Under the pieces are notes generated by a model. The model was given only the letters and a program-made list of their open reading frames with translations, had not been told where the DNA came from and made no database searches. Source: a virus. Taken from it: a stretch of 64,000 bases of DNA. A program made the translations under genes and the position numbers. This document shows positions 20,581-30,173 of this stretch, piece by piece; the stretch's first letter is position 1, and each line of letters opens with the position of its first letter. The DNA is taken from IMG/VR virus record IMGVR_UViG_3300007609_001696, positions 1 through 64,000 of that record; one strand, written 5' to 3'.

Positions 20581-20628
20581 TATAATAGAGTATTATACAC
20601 GGTATACGAGGATTTGTAAAGTTATTTA
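20578..20628 (-). promoter_or_regulatory. Sigma70 promoter TTTACA-N17-TATAAT overlapped by a 10-bp inverted repeat; TAAATA just upstream
   Basis: -35 at 20615-20620, -10 at 20592-20597; GTGTATAATA-gag-TATTATACAC at 20578-20600. Confidence 0.7.
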
Positions 20629-21137
20629 TCACAGATCTGTATTGCAAGAACACTGCGAAGCTCCCCGCAGTTTCTTGTAGGAGCACGGCCAACATGCGGG
20701 TACTTGCTGTTGAAAATTACAGCAGTGCCCGGTTTTGGTAAAACTGATGTGGTACTGTCTTCAAAAATAAAAGTTTCTCCGCCCCAGTTATGATCCCAGC
20801 GTTTGTTGAGATACAAAACACAGGTGATGTGATCATCGTCAGGATGATCTATGTGCACATCCCCATCTAATCCATAGGTGTTGCCTGCAATCATTACTCT
20901 TAGTATTTTTTTGTTCGGATAAAGATCCAACAATTGTTTTACAAGTTCTTTTACGCTTGTAACACAAATATCTTTGAATCGTGATGCATATAGATCATAT
21001 AAATTGATAAACCACATAGGATATGCAGTGTTTTCGTTGCTTTTCTGACCAAATCTCCACAACGGTTGATTTATAAGTTCTCGATTTATTTGTTCCAACT
21101 GTTGTTCAGTTGCAAAATTATCTATAATTTGACTCAT
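20622..21137 (-). CDS. 2OG-Fe(II) oxygenase
   Basis: H.D, LYLN..W...WGGE, H, R motifs; probable start MSQII. Confidence 0.85.
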   Translation of the reverse strand: MSQIIDNFATEQQLEQINRELINQPLWRFGQKSNENTAYPMWFINLYDLYASRFKDICVTSVKELVKQLLDLYPNKKILRVMIAGNTYGLDGDVHIDHPDDDHITCVLYLNKRWDHNWGGETFIFEDSTTSVLPKPGTAVIFNSKYPHVGRAPTRNCGELRSVLAIQICDK

Positions 21138-21303
21138 TGTTCTTTGATAGTGCCGCAACAGCCTCGGTTTGAACATCTAATAACAATTCTCGAATCATGT
21201 CTTGTCTGAGACTGTTGAAGCCACGATCTATTTGCCATTTGTGAAGTTCCAACACATTGTCTAACTTATCTTTGAGATCTTGTACAATTTTTTCACTGAT
21301 CAT
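21118..21303 (-). CDS. Small hypothetical protein
   Basis: Fills the operon gap; probable start MISEK. Confidence 0.45.
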   Translation of the reverse strand: MISEKIVQDLKDKLDNVLELHKWQIDRGFNSLRQDMIRELLLDVQTEAVAALSKNNESNYR

Positions 21304-21475
21304 TTTCAGAATCCTTTTTATCGCTAATACTCCACGTGCCGTCTTTGTTATCATGCCAGTATAGCACAGTGCCTTCTTTCCAGCCCATTTCTTCCAACAA
21401 ACTTTCTGGAAAAGGCAAGATTAAATTGCCCTCGTTGTCCTCTTCGAGGTTTGCAACATAATTTTTATCATTCAT
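21293..21475 (-). CDS. AbrB/MazE-like small DNA-binding protein
   Basis: LILPFP..LL..MGWKEG..L.W pattern. Confidence 0.7.
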   Translation of the reverse strand: MNDKNYVANLEEDNEGNLILPFPESLLEEMGWKEGTVLYWHDNKDGTWSISDKKDSENDQ

Positions 21476-22034
21476 ACTTGCCTACGGCCTCCCATGGATA
21501 CACAAGCCAAACGTCCTTTTCTGCTTTGTTAACTTCGTGGGCATAGTAACTAACCAAATCAAACTCTGAACTCAAATTTTCTGTGATCACAGCAAACCGC
21601 ACGTTGCGTCCCCATACACTGTTCCATGCTTCTAGTTCATGTGGTAAACAACTGCTTTCCCAATCATTTTTAATCCAGTTGAATGTAGCGCCTGTGTCGT
21701 TGATATCATCAACGATTAGAATATTTTTGCGTTGCTTTATGTCCCAACGACAGCCTGTTACGCCACTTTCTTCTGTATAGTTATAACCAAACGCATCTTC
21801 GCTCATCCAGCAATTGGTCTCACTGCCGTGTCCGCTTTTATTGTCGCGAAGACTAACTTTAAGTGCTTCGCCGCCAACATCCAACATGTTGCTGATAATA
21901 GTAGCAGGAACATTACCACCTCTGGTTATACCTACAACGTAGTCAGGAATCCACGCATCTTTGTGCATCTGAGTACAGATATCCATGCATGCTGTTTCTA
22001 TGTCTTGCCAACTGTAGTAGTGTTTTTCTATCAT
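21468..22034 (-). CDS. Purine-type phosphoribosyltransferase
   Basis: GITRGG, PRPP motif ILIVDDINDTGAT, W..YPWE. Confidence 0.88.
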   Translation of the reverse strand: MIEKHYYSWQDIETACMDICTQMHKDAWIPDYVVGITRGGNVPATIISNMLDVGGEALKVSLRDNKSGHGSETNCWMSEDAFGYNYTEESGVTGCRWDIKQRKNILIVDDINDTGATFNWIKNDWESSCLPHELEAWNSVWGRNVRFAVITENLSSEFDLVSYYAHEVNKAEKDVWLVYPWEAVGKYE

Positions 22035-22471
22035 AGTGCCTCCTTTGATCTAATGGAAAAATATTCTTCGTGATCTATCCACTGTCCTTGTCGCACAAAT
22101 CCCCAGTTTCTTTTTTTGCTGAAAGGCATAAAAAGAGTCCATGCTGTGATGTCTGGATCTAACTCTATACGATGCAAACTTTGCGGACTGCTTACTCTAA
22201 AATGCCCAGGCCCCCGCCACTTTGCCACAGGAATACCATTTACTGATACCCATTCCCAGTAGCCACCTCTAAGAATAAAAGTAAAATATCCCCATGGGTG
22301 ATCATGGAGGTCATCCGGGTCGCTTTTTAAAAACTTGTGCAAAAATACATTAAATGGAAAATTATTCCTATCCTTGATAAACAGATAATAGCGTTCCAAG
22401 TAAGGCTCTTTGCCTGTTCTGTCAAGTATCACTCGATGTCTGTTTAGTCGTTGCATTAATGTTTTAAACAT
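22031..22471 (-). CDS. Cupin-fold protein
   Basis: LHDHPW...ILRGGYWE, HRIEL, WGF. Confidence 0.75.
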   Translation of the reverse strand: MFKTLMQRLNRHRVILDRTGKEPYLERYYLFIKDRNNFPFNVFLHKFLKSDPDDLHDHPWGYFTFILRGGYWEWVSVNGIPVAKWRGPGHFRVSSPQSLHRIELDPDITAWTLFMPFSKKRNWGFVRQGQWIDHEEYFSIRSKEAL

Positions 22472-22904
22472 CACCACTCCGTTTGATAGTATCGATCATG
22501 TGTTTTTGTTCTATCAAGTCTTCCAAACTGGGCAACGATTCTAGCTTGTGTTTCACTTCAGGACTGTCGCACAATGCTTGTTCTACCATTTCTACTCGGG
22601 TAATAATAGCATCCAGTTTATCGTCTATACGTTCCAGTGTTTCGGCAACTTTTATTTCTTTGCCTGCGCCTCTGTGTATGGTAACATCATTTGGCTGATC
22701 CAGTATATCTGTTAGTGTAAACGAATAGTCACTGTGATCGAACCAACCACTACCGCTCATGTTATCGTCTGAAAAAGACAAATCTAGGGCAGAATCATCT
22801 GCTCCTAGATCTAGTGTGATTGTGTCCTCTGTGTTGTTACTACAGTCCTCGCTGAGCACTATAATGTTAAAAGGATCATAATGGTGATTAGAATTTGAAC
22901 TCAT
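22464..22904 (-). CDS. Hypothetical acidic protein with coiled-coil C-terminus
   Basis: Probable start MSSNSN overlapping the subtilisin 3' end. Confidence 0.5.
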   Translation of the reverse strand: MSSNSNHHYDPFNIIVLSEDCSNNTEDTITLDLGADDSALDLSFSDDNMSGSGWFDHSDYSFTLTDILDQPNDVTIHRGAGKEIKVAETLERIDDKLDAIITRVEMVEQALCDSPEVKHKLESLPSLEDLIEQKHMIDTIKRSGDV

Positions 22905-25900
22905 ATTCCACGCCGTATTCCACAACATCTTGATCTGTGCCGGCATAGTTGACCCTATTCTCAACGTATGCACCAAGGTTGTGATTGTCTGTATTATAAC
23001 TTAAACTTACACCAAAGTCAACTTCGGTATAGCCACTGCTGAGATTTGCTGTTTGTCGCTGAGTGATTACCTTGCCGTCTATGGTGCGTGCAACTGGAAC
23101 ATCTAAATTAAGATCCCCGCTTACAATCCGAGTAGGAATACTTGCTGTAGCACCAAACACATAGTCGCTAACATTTTTAAACATCCCGACATGAGCTGAT
23201 ACGCTTGTCACGTTGTTGACTTCAGAAACTAAACTACTGTCTGCACCGGCATTGTTAATGCTGTATCCTAATTCTGTGCGTCCGATAAAGTCAAGCCCAA
23301 ACATGTTCTTAGACGCTGTGTAAGCGCCGTACACAGTACGAGTATGATCATCTAATGCAAATACTCCACTAAAATCATTGCCCAACAATTGATCTTTTTC
23401 TTGCACAAACCCAATCTCCCAACTGTTGTACTGTTTGGCAATACCAAACGAGTTTTGGTTGTGTCCTGATACTACCAAGCCCATTGCACGTTGAACACTG
23501 CCTGCTAGACTAGCAAAACTGGACGTGACCTTACCTTGACTGAGATCCTTGGCCCAACTAGCGACACGAGTATCTTCTGTAAAGTTAGCACTGCTGAGAT
23601 CAACGTAGAAGTCACGTTCAAACTTGTCCAGCACCATTGTATTGCTAGCCACACTTCCTAAGTTGATGTTACCTCCGACACCGCCGCTCAACTGTGCTAC
23701 GCCGCCATCGGTTCGGCCTGTTTTGGGGATTCCGGTAGCACCCACTGGTTGCGTAGCACTATCCATGTCAAGCAATCCTTGTCCGTGTACATTTTCATTG
23801 TAGTTGGGAATGTCTTTGTTTGCTGTAGTTAGTACTAATTTAGCCAAGTTTGGTGCTGTCATGTGTGGCCACATTTGATGCAACACTGCTACTGCACCTG
23901 CAACTGCCGGAGCTGCCATACTAGTTCCACTCATATGATTGTAATTGTTGTTGCGCACACTGCTATAAACACTGCTCCCCGGAGCCATAATATAGAAGTC
24001 TTTGATCCTGTATGCATCGTTGCACTGTTGAACAGCATCATTCCAATCCAAGCAAACATGTCCTGCTTTATTACTGGACGGATCGATGCGATCGTTTGCC
24101 GAGTTCCAGTTGCCTACAATCAACATTCTGCCATCTAACACAAGATCGCCATTGTCGTCTGTGACTGTGGCCATTAGACCCGGGTAAGCTGCGTAGTCTA
24201 GTCCGTCGTTGCCGGCAGCCACTGTTAGTACAGTTTGATTGTTGTCTGCAGATACCCAATTTTTTGTGTCATCTACATAACCATTGTAACCGTTGGTGCT
24301 GTAGTACCAATGGTTGTTGCTGAACATACCATTGCCGTGGCTCTCAAGATTGTTTTTCCAGCCACTGTCGAAATTACTGCTGGCACTCATGTTGTAAACC
24401 ACTGCTCCGTTTTGATGTGCCCAAGCAAGCCCTTGCTTGGCGTAAAAGAAACTGTAACCCGTGTTGTTGGTTACTTTGGCAATTAGCAGTTTAGCATCAG
24501 GTGCAACACCCACGGATCCGTTGTTGTTCAACTCTCCGGCTGCAATACCGGCTACATGAGTGCCATGACCGTCTAAATCACTGACATTTGAAGATCCGTC
24601 TAAGAAATTTTTAGTGCCAATTATTTGATCGTCCAATTCTGCATGATTAACGTCGGCACCTGTGTCGGCAATAGCAATAATACTGCCTTTGCCCGTCCAT
24701 CCTCTGCTCCATGCAGCATCTACTTTGATTTCTGCAAGATGATCATCGCCTTTGCTGTCAGTGGCCCAAAATTCTTGCTTGCTTCTATATTCGTCTGCAG
24801 AAAGCACACCGGCAGTAGGAGTGCCTAATGCTGAATCAGAATATTCAACATCAACATATCCGTCAAAATCGTCTTCAACTTCTTGTGTATCATCCACAGA
24901 TTGATTGTTCTTTATGGATACATCAGTTTGTTCAACCACAGTTTCTTTTTTAGGAGAAGCAATTATTTCTTCTGTGGTTACACGGCGAACAATTTTTGTT
25001 TTTGTACTTTCGTCGCTGTATGTTTCCTTGATTGTATCATCCCAGATAGTTTCCACTACTTCGATCTGACCGGTTGTAATTCTATATTCGGTATACTCTG
25101 CGATCACAGTATCACCGTTGGAATTTACACTTTCCTCCTCGTAGACACGAATAAGTAACTTTCTCACGTCTCCGTCTTTGACTTCGATAATTCTGCGAGC
25201 CTTCATTTCGGTACCCATAACTGTTGACTCGGTAAGCGAAACAACTGGCTCTTCAACAACTGGTTCTTCTACCACTGGCTCTTCAACAACTGGCTCTTCT
25301 ACCACTGGCTCTTCTTCAACTACCACTGGCTCTTCTTCAACTACCACTGGCTCTTCAACTACCACTGGTTCTTCAACTACCACTGGCTCTTCTTCAACTA
25401 CCACTGGCTCTTCAACTACCACTGGCTCTTCTTCGATAACTACTTCGCCGTCGGAGCCGGTTACTACTACTAAATTGTTTTCCTGTATGATATTATCTGC
25501 TTGTTGTTGTGATTCTACAGCAACAATTTGAGATTCGGAATAGATATAATTTTCAAATTGCCCCGGATCGGCAATAATGTTTGCTTGTGAAACATCAATA
25601 GGTTTGCCGTAGCTGATTTGTTCTACCAAGGGTTTGACTTTTTGCGATAAAAACTTAAAACTGGCCGCGGCAGTGTAATAATCACTGCTGTACAATATTT
25701 GTGCTTGTTTGATTGGATCTAGCTGATTAATAGAAGCCTGTAAAGCAGACCATGTTGACTCGAGCGCACGAATTGCTCTTGTAGCTGTGTGTGCTATTTG
25801 TTGATCAGAACCTGTGGGATTGGTCAGACTACTCAGTCGCCCAAGTGCATTTAATTGTTGTTCGAGACCGCTGATATTAGCTTGTACTTGAGAAATATTT

Positions 25901-26034
25901 TGGTTTAACCCGGCTTCGTTGAGAATGTTTTGCACAGGTTGAGAAATGGTGTTTGCACCAGAGTTACCTCCACTGCCGCATCCCGCCAACAGGGCTGTAG
26001 CCGAAACTGCAAGTGCTAATTTTGAATACTTCAT
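22888..26034 (-). CDS. Subtilisin (S8) protease with lipoprotein signal and C-terminal beta-barrel-like domain
   Basis: Lipobox LAGC; catalytic DTG, HGTHVAG, GTSMAAP; terminal YEFKF typical of outer-membrane barrels. Confidence 0.88.
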   Translation of the reverse strand: MKYSKLALAVSATALLAGCGSGGNSGANTISQPVQNILNEAGLNQNISQVQANISGLEQQLNALGRLSSLTNPTGSDQQIAHTATRAIRALESTWSALQASINQLDPIKQAQILYSSDYYTAAASFKFLSQKVKPLVEQISYGKPIDVSQANIIADPGQFENYIYSESQIVAVESQQQADNIIQENNLVVVTGSDGEVVIEEEPVVVEEPVVVEEEPVVVEEPVVVEEPVVVEEEPVVVEEEPVVEEPVVEEPVVEEPVVEEPVVSLTESTVMGTEMKARRIIEVKDGDVRKLLIRVYEEESVNSNGDTVIAEYTEYRITTGQIEVVETIWDDTIKETYSDESTKTKIVRRVTTEEIIASPKKETVVEQTDVSIKNNQSVDDTQEVEDDFDGYVDVEYSDSALGTPTAGVLSADEYRSKQEFWATDSKGDDHLAEIKVDAAWSRGWTGKGSIIAIADTGADVNHAELDDQIIGTKNFLDGSSNVSDLDGHGTHVAGIAAGELNNNGSVGVAPDAKLLIAKVTNNTGYSFFYAKQGLAWAHQNGAVVYNMSASSNFDSGWKNNLESHGNGMFSNNHWYYSTNGYNGYVDDTKNWVSADNNQTVLTVAAGNDGLDYAAYPGLMATVTDDNGDLVLDGRMLIVGNWNSANDRIDPSSNKAGHVCLDWNDAVQQCNDAYRIKDFYIMAPGSSVYSSVRNNNYNHMSGTSMAAPAVAGAVAVLHQMWPHMTAPNLAKLVLTTANKDIPNYNENVHGQGLLDMDSATQPVGATGIPKTGRTDGGVAQLSGGVGGNINLGSVASNTMVLDKFERDFYVDLSSANFTEDTRVASWAKDLSQGKVTSSFASLAGSVQRAMGLVVSGHNQNSFGIAKQYNSWEIGFVQEKDQLLGNDFSGVFALDDHTRTVYGAYTASKNMFGLDFIGRTELGYSINNAGADSSLVSEVNNVTSVSAHVGMFKNVSDYVFGATASIPTRIVSGDLNLDVPVARTIDGKVITQRQTANLSSGYTEVDFGVSLSYNTDNHNLGAYVENRVNYAGTDQDVVEYGVEYEFKF
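25240..25435 (-). repeat. Low-complexity coding tandem repeat (EEPVV)n
   Basis: 15-21-nt GAAGAGCCAGTGGTAGTT-like units. Confidence 0.9.
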
Positions 26035-26067
26035 TGATTGCTTCTCTTGTTTACTACCTACAAGTAT

Positions 26068-26095
26068 AGTATATAGAATACAATTATTTTGTCAA
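26068..26095 (-). promoter_or_regulatory. Sigma70-like promoter TTGACA-N16-TATACT for the subtilisin gene
   Basis: Near-consensus boxes upstream of the ATG at 26034. Confidence 0.6.
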
Positions 26096-26238
26096 CCAAA
26101 AATAGCTACAAAAAGCAAAAAAGATATGAGAAGTATGATTAATATGCCAAACACTTGTAGCACAAAGTCAACTATACTTCTCATGGTATTAGGAAACAGC
26201 AACACAAGAAGTATTGCTGTTAATAAAAAAACTATCAA
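26092..26238 (-). CDS. Small two-TM membrane protein (48 aa, not in ORF track)
   Basis: TTG start overlaps the upstream TGA; reads MIVFLLTAILLVLLFPNTMRSIVDFVLQVFGILIILLISFLLFVAIFG. Confidence 0.5.
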   Translation of the reverse strand: MIVFLLTAILLVLLFPNTMRSIVDFVLQVFGILIILLISFLLFVAIFG

Positions 26239-26966
26239 TTAGCCTTCCAAATGTCGGCATAGTAGCCCTTGCCAGTGGTATCGCCGCCGTCGTTGTCAAC
26301 TTCATTGCCGTTGTATGTAACACCCACAATAGTGTCTTCGCCGTTCAAGTATTCTACTACTTGCAAACGCAGTTTAGCAGGATCAAACTGTTCCCCATTT
26401 GTCAGATGCAGTACTCCATCGAAAAATGTGCCTTTTTCTGAGCTAAACATTTGAGCAACATACTCACTGGGTGCTTCGTCGCAACAGGAGTATTCTTGAA
26501 TCTCGATGTATTCTTCGCCTGAGTTTTCATAGATTTCGTCAGCTAGTGCAGCGACTTCTTGATGTTCCAATACTGTGTCCAGTAACGTTGACTCATAATC
26601 TTCGCCGTCGACTTCGTTGATTTCAATCATGGCACTGTCATAGTCTGCGCCAAATGTATGTTCGAATTCCTCTGGCGGTTCATACCATGGACGAGCATCA
26701 CCATCTTCGTCGATCATAAAATGAGCTTCATCTGGCACATCGTCGATGTAGTCGAAATCATACTCGTCGTCTTCTGAACTTACCATGTAATGCACTAGAT
26801 CAGCGTCGCCGTGTTCTTCTACCACTGGTTTCCAAAAATCGTGTGCTTGTTTACTAACACTCATGTAAGAGGATTCTCCTCCGTATCCATTGATAGTGAT
26901 GCGGTAATAACGATCCGGGCGTTTGATTGCTTGAATAAGTTCTTCTTGCTGTTCTACAGTTGCCAC
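26235..26966 (-). CDS. Highly acidic hypothetical phage protein
   Basis: AGGAG SD; GYGGE, SEKG.FF, GDTTGK motifs. Confidence 0.65.
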   Translation of the reverse strand: MATVEQQEELIQAIKRPDRYYRITINGYGGESSYMSVSKQAHDFWKPVVEEHGDADLVHYMVSSEDDEYDFDYIDDVPDEAHFMIDEDGDARPWYEPPEEFEHTFGADYDSAMIEINEVDGEDYESTLLDTVLEHQEVAALADEIYENSGEEYIEIQEYSCCDEAPSEYVAQMFSSEKGTFFDGVLHLTNGEQFDPAKLRLQVVEYLNGEDTIVGVTYNGNEVDNDGGDTTGKGYYADIWKAN

Positions 26967-27559
26967 TTTATACTCCTACAGTCTGGGTAGCTAAAATCAT
27001 TGTGTTGAAATATTTCTTTTCTGCGCAGTTTGTTGTTGGCTATTACACATTCTTCCGGACGCATGTAATAGTGATAGCCGATCGAAATAGTGCCTTCGAT
27101 CCACGGACTATCTCTCAAGTCTCTGCCATCGTACCTGGCACGACTCAGCCATTCATATGCATCTTTGTTGTCAGTTAGTATAGCACCTCCTAAGCCAATG
27201 TCAAGAGGTTTTCCACGTCCAAAGCTCAAGCATTGAAATTGTCCTGCACGGTACATATTGGGTTCTAATCTTCTAGCACTGTCCCACACAGGCGATGGTG
27301 CCATTTGGTATTCATACTCCCAATCATAATTGCAGTATTCAAAAGGTATGTGCAACTTGTGCAGTGTTTGTGGCACACTCAAATATGTATATGCCGGAAT
27401 CTCCAACGGCTCTAACCATTTCAAGTACCGCAAGCAAAGCTCAATTGCGTGGGTACATCTGTCTGTGGTCACTGCATAAGGTGCCCCAGTGAATTCTGCT
27501 AGTTTAGTTTCAAAATCAAAAATAGCATCAAATGGATCTTTGTAATTAGTTAAATCCAC
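26954..27559 (-). CDS. Short DegT/DnrJ/EryC1/StrS PLP aminotransferase-like protein
   Basis: FE..LA...GA.YA, T.A..L.L, DSA, LSF..GKPL..G.GG; about 200 aa, start approximate. Confidence 0.75.
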   Translation of the reverse strand: MDLTNYKDPFDAIFDFETKLAEFTGAPYAVTTDRCTHAIELCLRYLKWLEPLEIPAYTYLSVPQTLHKLHIPFEYCNYDWEYEYQMAPSPVWDSARRLEPNMYRAGQFQCLSFGRGKPLDIGLGGAILTDNKDAYEWLSRARYDGRDLRDSPWIEGTISIGYHYYMRPEECVIANNKLRRKEIFQHNDFSYPDCRSIKWQL

Positions 27560-28067
27560 CGGGCATAAGTCCTGTGATCTGCAGTGTGTATCTAAAGTCG
27601 GGTCCAAGATTTGCTGCCATGTGCGGCACATCTCCTTGCCAGATTACACAGCTTCCTTTGGTGTATTCCACAAATGGTTTGCTATCTATTTCAAAAATAT
27701 GACCTGGCTTCCAGTCTTCTAAAAAAACCACTGCACGATATACCATGTCGCTGGTAACGCTGTTGTGCTCGCAGTATCTGGCATATGTGTCGCTGTGATA
27801 AGGTAAAATTGTTCCAGGGTCCATTCTATAAAAGCTTGTTCCTGCTTTTTCGAATCCTAGTTCTTGTGCAATCTCAATAGCCCATTTTGGCTGATACCGT
27901 CTAAAATCTACCATCCAACCTGTATCATAGATATCCCCGTAGGTTGCGCTCCATGCTTCTGTGGTTTCTGAATCATTGAACGGTTCTTTGAAGTAATTGA
28001 GAAGTTTAAAGCTTGTGTTGTCGAACTCAGTGTTTACTCGTGAAAAAGTCCAATTGTTATTGTTCAT
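27546..28067 (-). CDS. 2OG-Fe(II) oxygenase-like protein
   Basis: PG..LP.H.D, H.AAN, R..LQITG. Confidence 0.75.
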   Translation of the reverse strand: MNNNNWTFSRVNTEFDNTSFKLLNYFKEPFNDSETTEAWSATYGDIYDTGWMVDFRRYQPKWAIEIAQELGFEKAGTSFYRMDPGTILPYHSDTYARYCEHNSVTSDMVYRAVVFLEDWKPGHIFEIDSKPFVEYTKGSCVIWQGDVPHMAANLGPDFRYTLQITGLMPGGFN

Positions 28068-28947
28068 TGTTTTTTTCCAATGTATACTGGTCTAGACACA
28101 TGTCTTCCAGTGATTTAGTGACTACGTTATATTCGCTGGGTGTATCAACCACGCTCATTGGAGTATCGCCTGGTCTTCTGGGACCAATTACAACAGGAAC
28201 TTTTTCTCCTGTTGCGTGTTGCATAGCTCTAACAACCTCGTGTACACTCTGGCCTTTGGTAGTGCCTAAACTTTCAAACGGTGTATTCTTTGGTCCGCCA
28301 TTGATAGACGCAAGAATACTATTGCATAAATCCACCACATGAATATAATCTCGCACACAAGTGCCATCTGGCGTGTCGTAGTCGTCGCCGTTGACTGTGA
28401 GTGTGTCACGTTTTCCTGCTGCAACTTCTGCAGCCACTCTTATGAGATGAGTTGATTCGCCGTGCTGCGAAAATTCTCCGTCACTGCCGCTTACATTAAA
28501 AAATCTAAAGATAGTAAACGCAGGACAAATCTGCTTGATTACATCTTCTGCAGCTACTTTGCTTCTAGCATATGGACTGTCCATTCCCCATGCACTTGCT
28601 GTGCTGGCAAAAATAAAGTGATCTGTTTGAATTGTACTTGCTACAATAGCAGTGCCCATGATGTTTACACGGTAGAATTCAAACGGATTGATCCAACTGT
28701 CACCAACTGTACTCATGCCAGCCAAGTGAACCACAGCATCATATTTTTTGTTGCTGATGCGTTTAGGAATGGATTGTGTAACATCAAGTTCTGTAAATTT
28801 CTTCACATATGCAGATACATCATTTGATGATTCGTGAATATTTGCATCAACTGCTTCAACTTCAATATTGTTTTGATGCAAAATTTTGCACAAGTGTGCT
28901 CCAATATATCCTGTTGCACCTGTTACTAATACTTTTTTCTTGCTCAT
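28057..28947 (-). CDS. galE: UDP-glucose 4-epimerase
   Basis: TGATGYIG, YARSK, RFFNV, DY.TPDGTCVRDYIHV.DL, RR.GD. Confidence 0.9.
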   Translation of the reverse strand: MSKKKVLVTGATGYIGAHLCKILHQNNIEVEAVDANIHESSNDVSAYVKKFTELDVTQSIPKRISNKKYDAVVHLAGMSTVGDSWINPFEFYRVNIMGTAIVASTIQTDHFIFASTASAWGMDSPYARSKVAAEDVIKQICPAFTIFRFFNVSGSDGEFSQHGESTHLIRVAAEVAAGKRDTLTVNGDDYDTPDGTCVRDYIHVVDLCNSILASINGGPKNTPFESLGTTKGQSVHEVVRAMQHATGEKVPVVIGPRRPGDTPMSVVDTPSEYNVVTKSLEDMCLDQYTLEKNNEQ

Positions 28948-30149
28948 TTGTACTCTGTTCCTGAATGACTAAAATTTCTGTCTGCCACATGATCTCTGTA
29001 GCGATTACCACTTCGCAACCACTGCAATCCGTTGCCCTGCATGATATCTACCATTCGATCAATTGTGCCGTTGTTCCAGTCTGATATTTCGCCCTGCAAC
29101 ACGCTAGGCTCTTCTAGCCCTGCTAAAATCTTACTTACTGCATCCTCCTTGCTCCACGGAACATACAACCGACTAGCATCGTTGCCGAATGTTTCAGGGA
29201 AACTACGATATGCAGGATAAACCACATTACATCCTAGTGCGTCTGCTTCACTGACAGTGTTGCTGACCCAATCCTGTAGCGCACAATTAAACAGTACTTT
29301 ACTATCATTGACTACATTGTAATAATCATTCTTCTGCAAGTTCGCCATAATAGTAAGTTTGCCGTCTGCAACCATCTGAGTGGCACGTTCCAGGTACCGT
29401 GGATTGTTGCTACGCAATGGACCACCACTCAGTACTGCAAACTCAACATCTGGACGCACTGCTTTTACCATCTCAATTACATCCATAAAGAAGTCTGGCT
29501 GTTTTTCTTGGTCAAAGCGTGCTGCAAATACCACACGGTCTTTTCTTTCGGTCCACGGTTTAATACGATTGTTTACACGACTTTGAACCTCTGTTTTGCC
29601 AAAGCTCAAACCCGAGATGTTGTAGATAGGAGCAGTCCAGCCTGCAATCTTCATATGTGCAACCATTTCTTCGTTGGTTGCAAGAATATGTACATTGGGG
29701 ATTTCATTGCACATCTTTTCGTACAAACTCATCCACTTTTCCATACCCCATACATGAACAAAGTCATCTGGGTCAATTGCTTGTGCAAGACAGCGTAGAT
29801 AAATTTTAGGACGCTGTTCTTCCGGTACCTGACACAAAATATAAGGCAGTGCTTCCATACCAGGCTGAAACATGTCTTCAAAAAAGATTGCATCGTCAGC
29901 AGTAATTTCACCGTTGCGATGCATCTGTACTAGATTCATCAATTGGCTCATGCCAAAATAGCTGCGACCGTGTGCGTCTAGTACTTGACCTACCGATATT
30001 GATTTGGTATTATCAATTGTTTCACCTGGTACCACAGTGTAATCAATGCCTCTGCGATTGTACACCTCTGTGCTCCAGTCTTGCAGTTGCAGTGTGTAGC
30101 GTCCTTCGTAAGGCTCTAAGCCCATGTAAAAAAGTTTTCTAAAACTCAT
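28944..30149 (-). CDS. Glycosyltransferase (GT-B, GT4-like)
   Basis: R...EKQP and D-x7-E (QDWVSNTVSEA) motifs. Confidence 0.82.
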   Translation of the reverse strand: MSFRKLFYMGLEPYEGRYTLQLQDWSTEVYNRRGIDYTVVPGETIDNTKSISVGQVLDAHGRSYFGMSQLMNLVQMHRNGEITADDAIFFEDMFQPGMEALPYILCQVPEEQRPKIYLRCLAQAIDPDDFVHVWGMEKWMSLYEKMCNEIPNVHILATNEEMVAHMKIAGWTAPIYNISGLSFGKTEVQSRVNNRIKPWTERKDRVVFAARFDQEKQPDFFMDVIEMVKAVRPDVEFAVLSGGPLRSNNPRYLERATQMVADGKLTIMANLQKNDYYNVVNDSKVLFNCALQDWVSNTVSEADALGCNVVYPAYRSFPETFGNDASRLYVPWSKEDAVSKILAGLEEPSVLQGEISDWNNGTIDRMVDIMQGNGLQWLRSGNRYRDHVADRNFSHSGTEYK

Positions 30150-30173
30150 TGTTGTGCCTTTGTTTGAATAAAA

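Noticed and set aside
20501-20695. 64-aa ORF over the queD leader
   Set aside because: No SD or recognisable motif; the region is better explained as promoter plus structured leader
21293-21475. Toxin-antitoxin module
   Set aside because: The AbrB/MazE-like gene has no recognisable adjacent toxin
25178-25531. Ser/Thr-rich plus-strand ORF
   Set aside because: Antisense shadow of the (EEPVV)n repeat in the subtilisin gene
26126-26184. 11-bp inverted repeat ATGAGAAGTAT/ATACTTCTCAT
   Set aside because: It lies within a small AT-rich membrane ORF with no associated signal and could be chance
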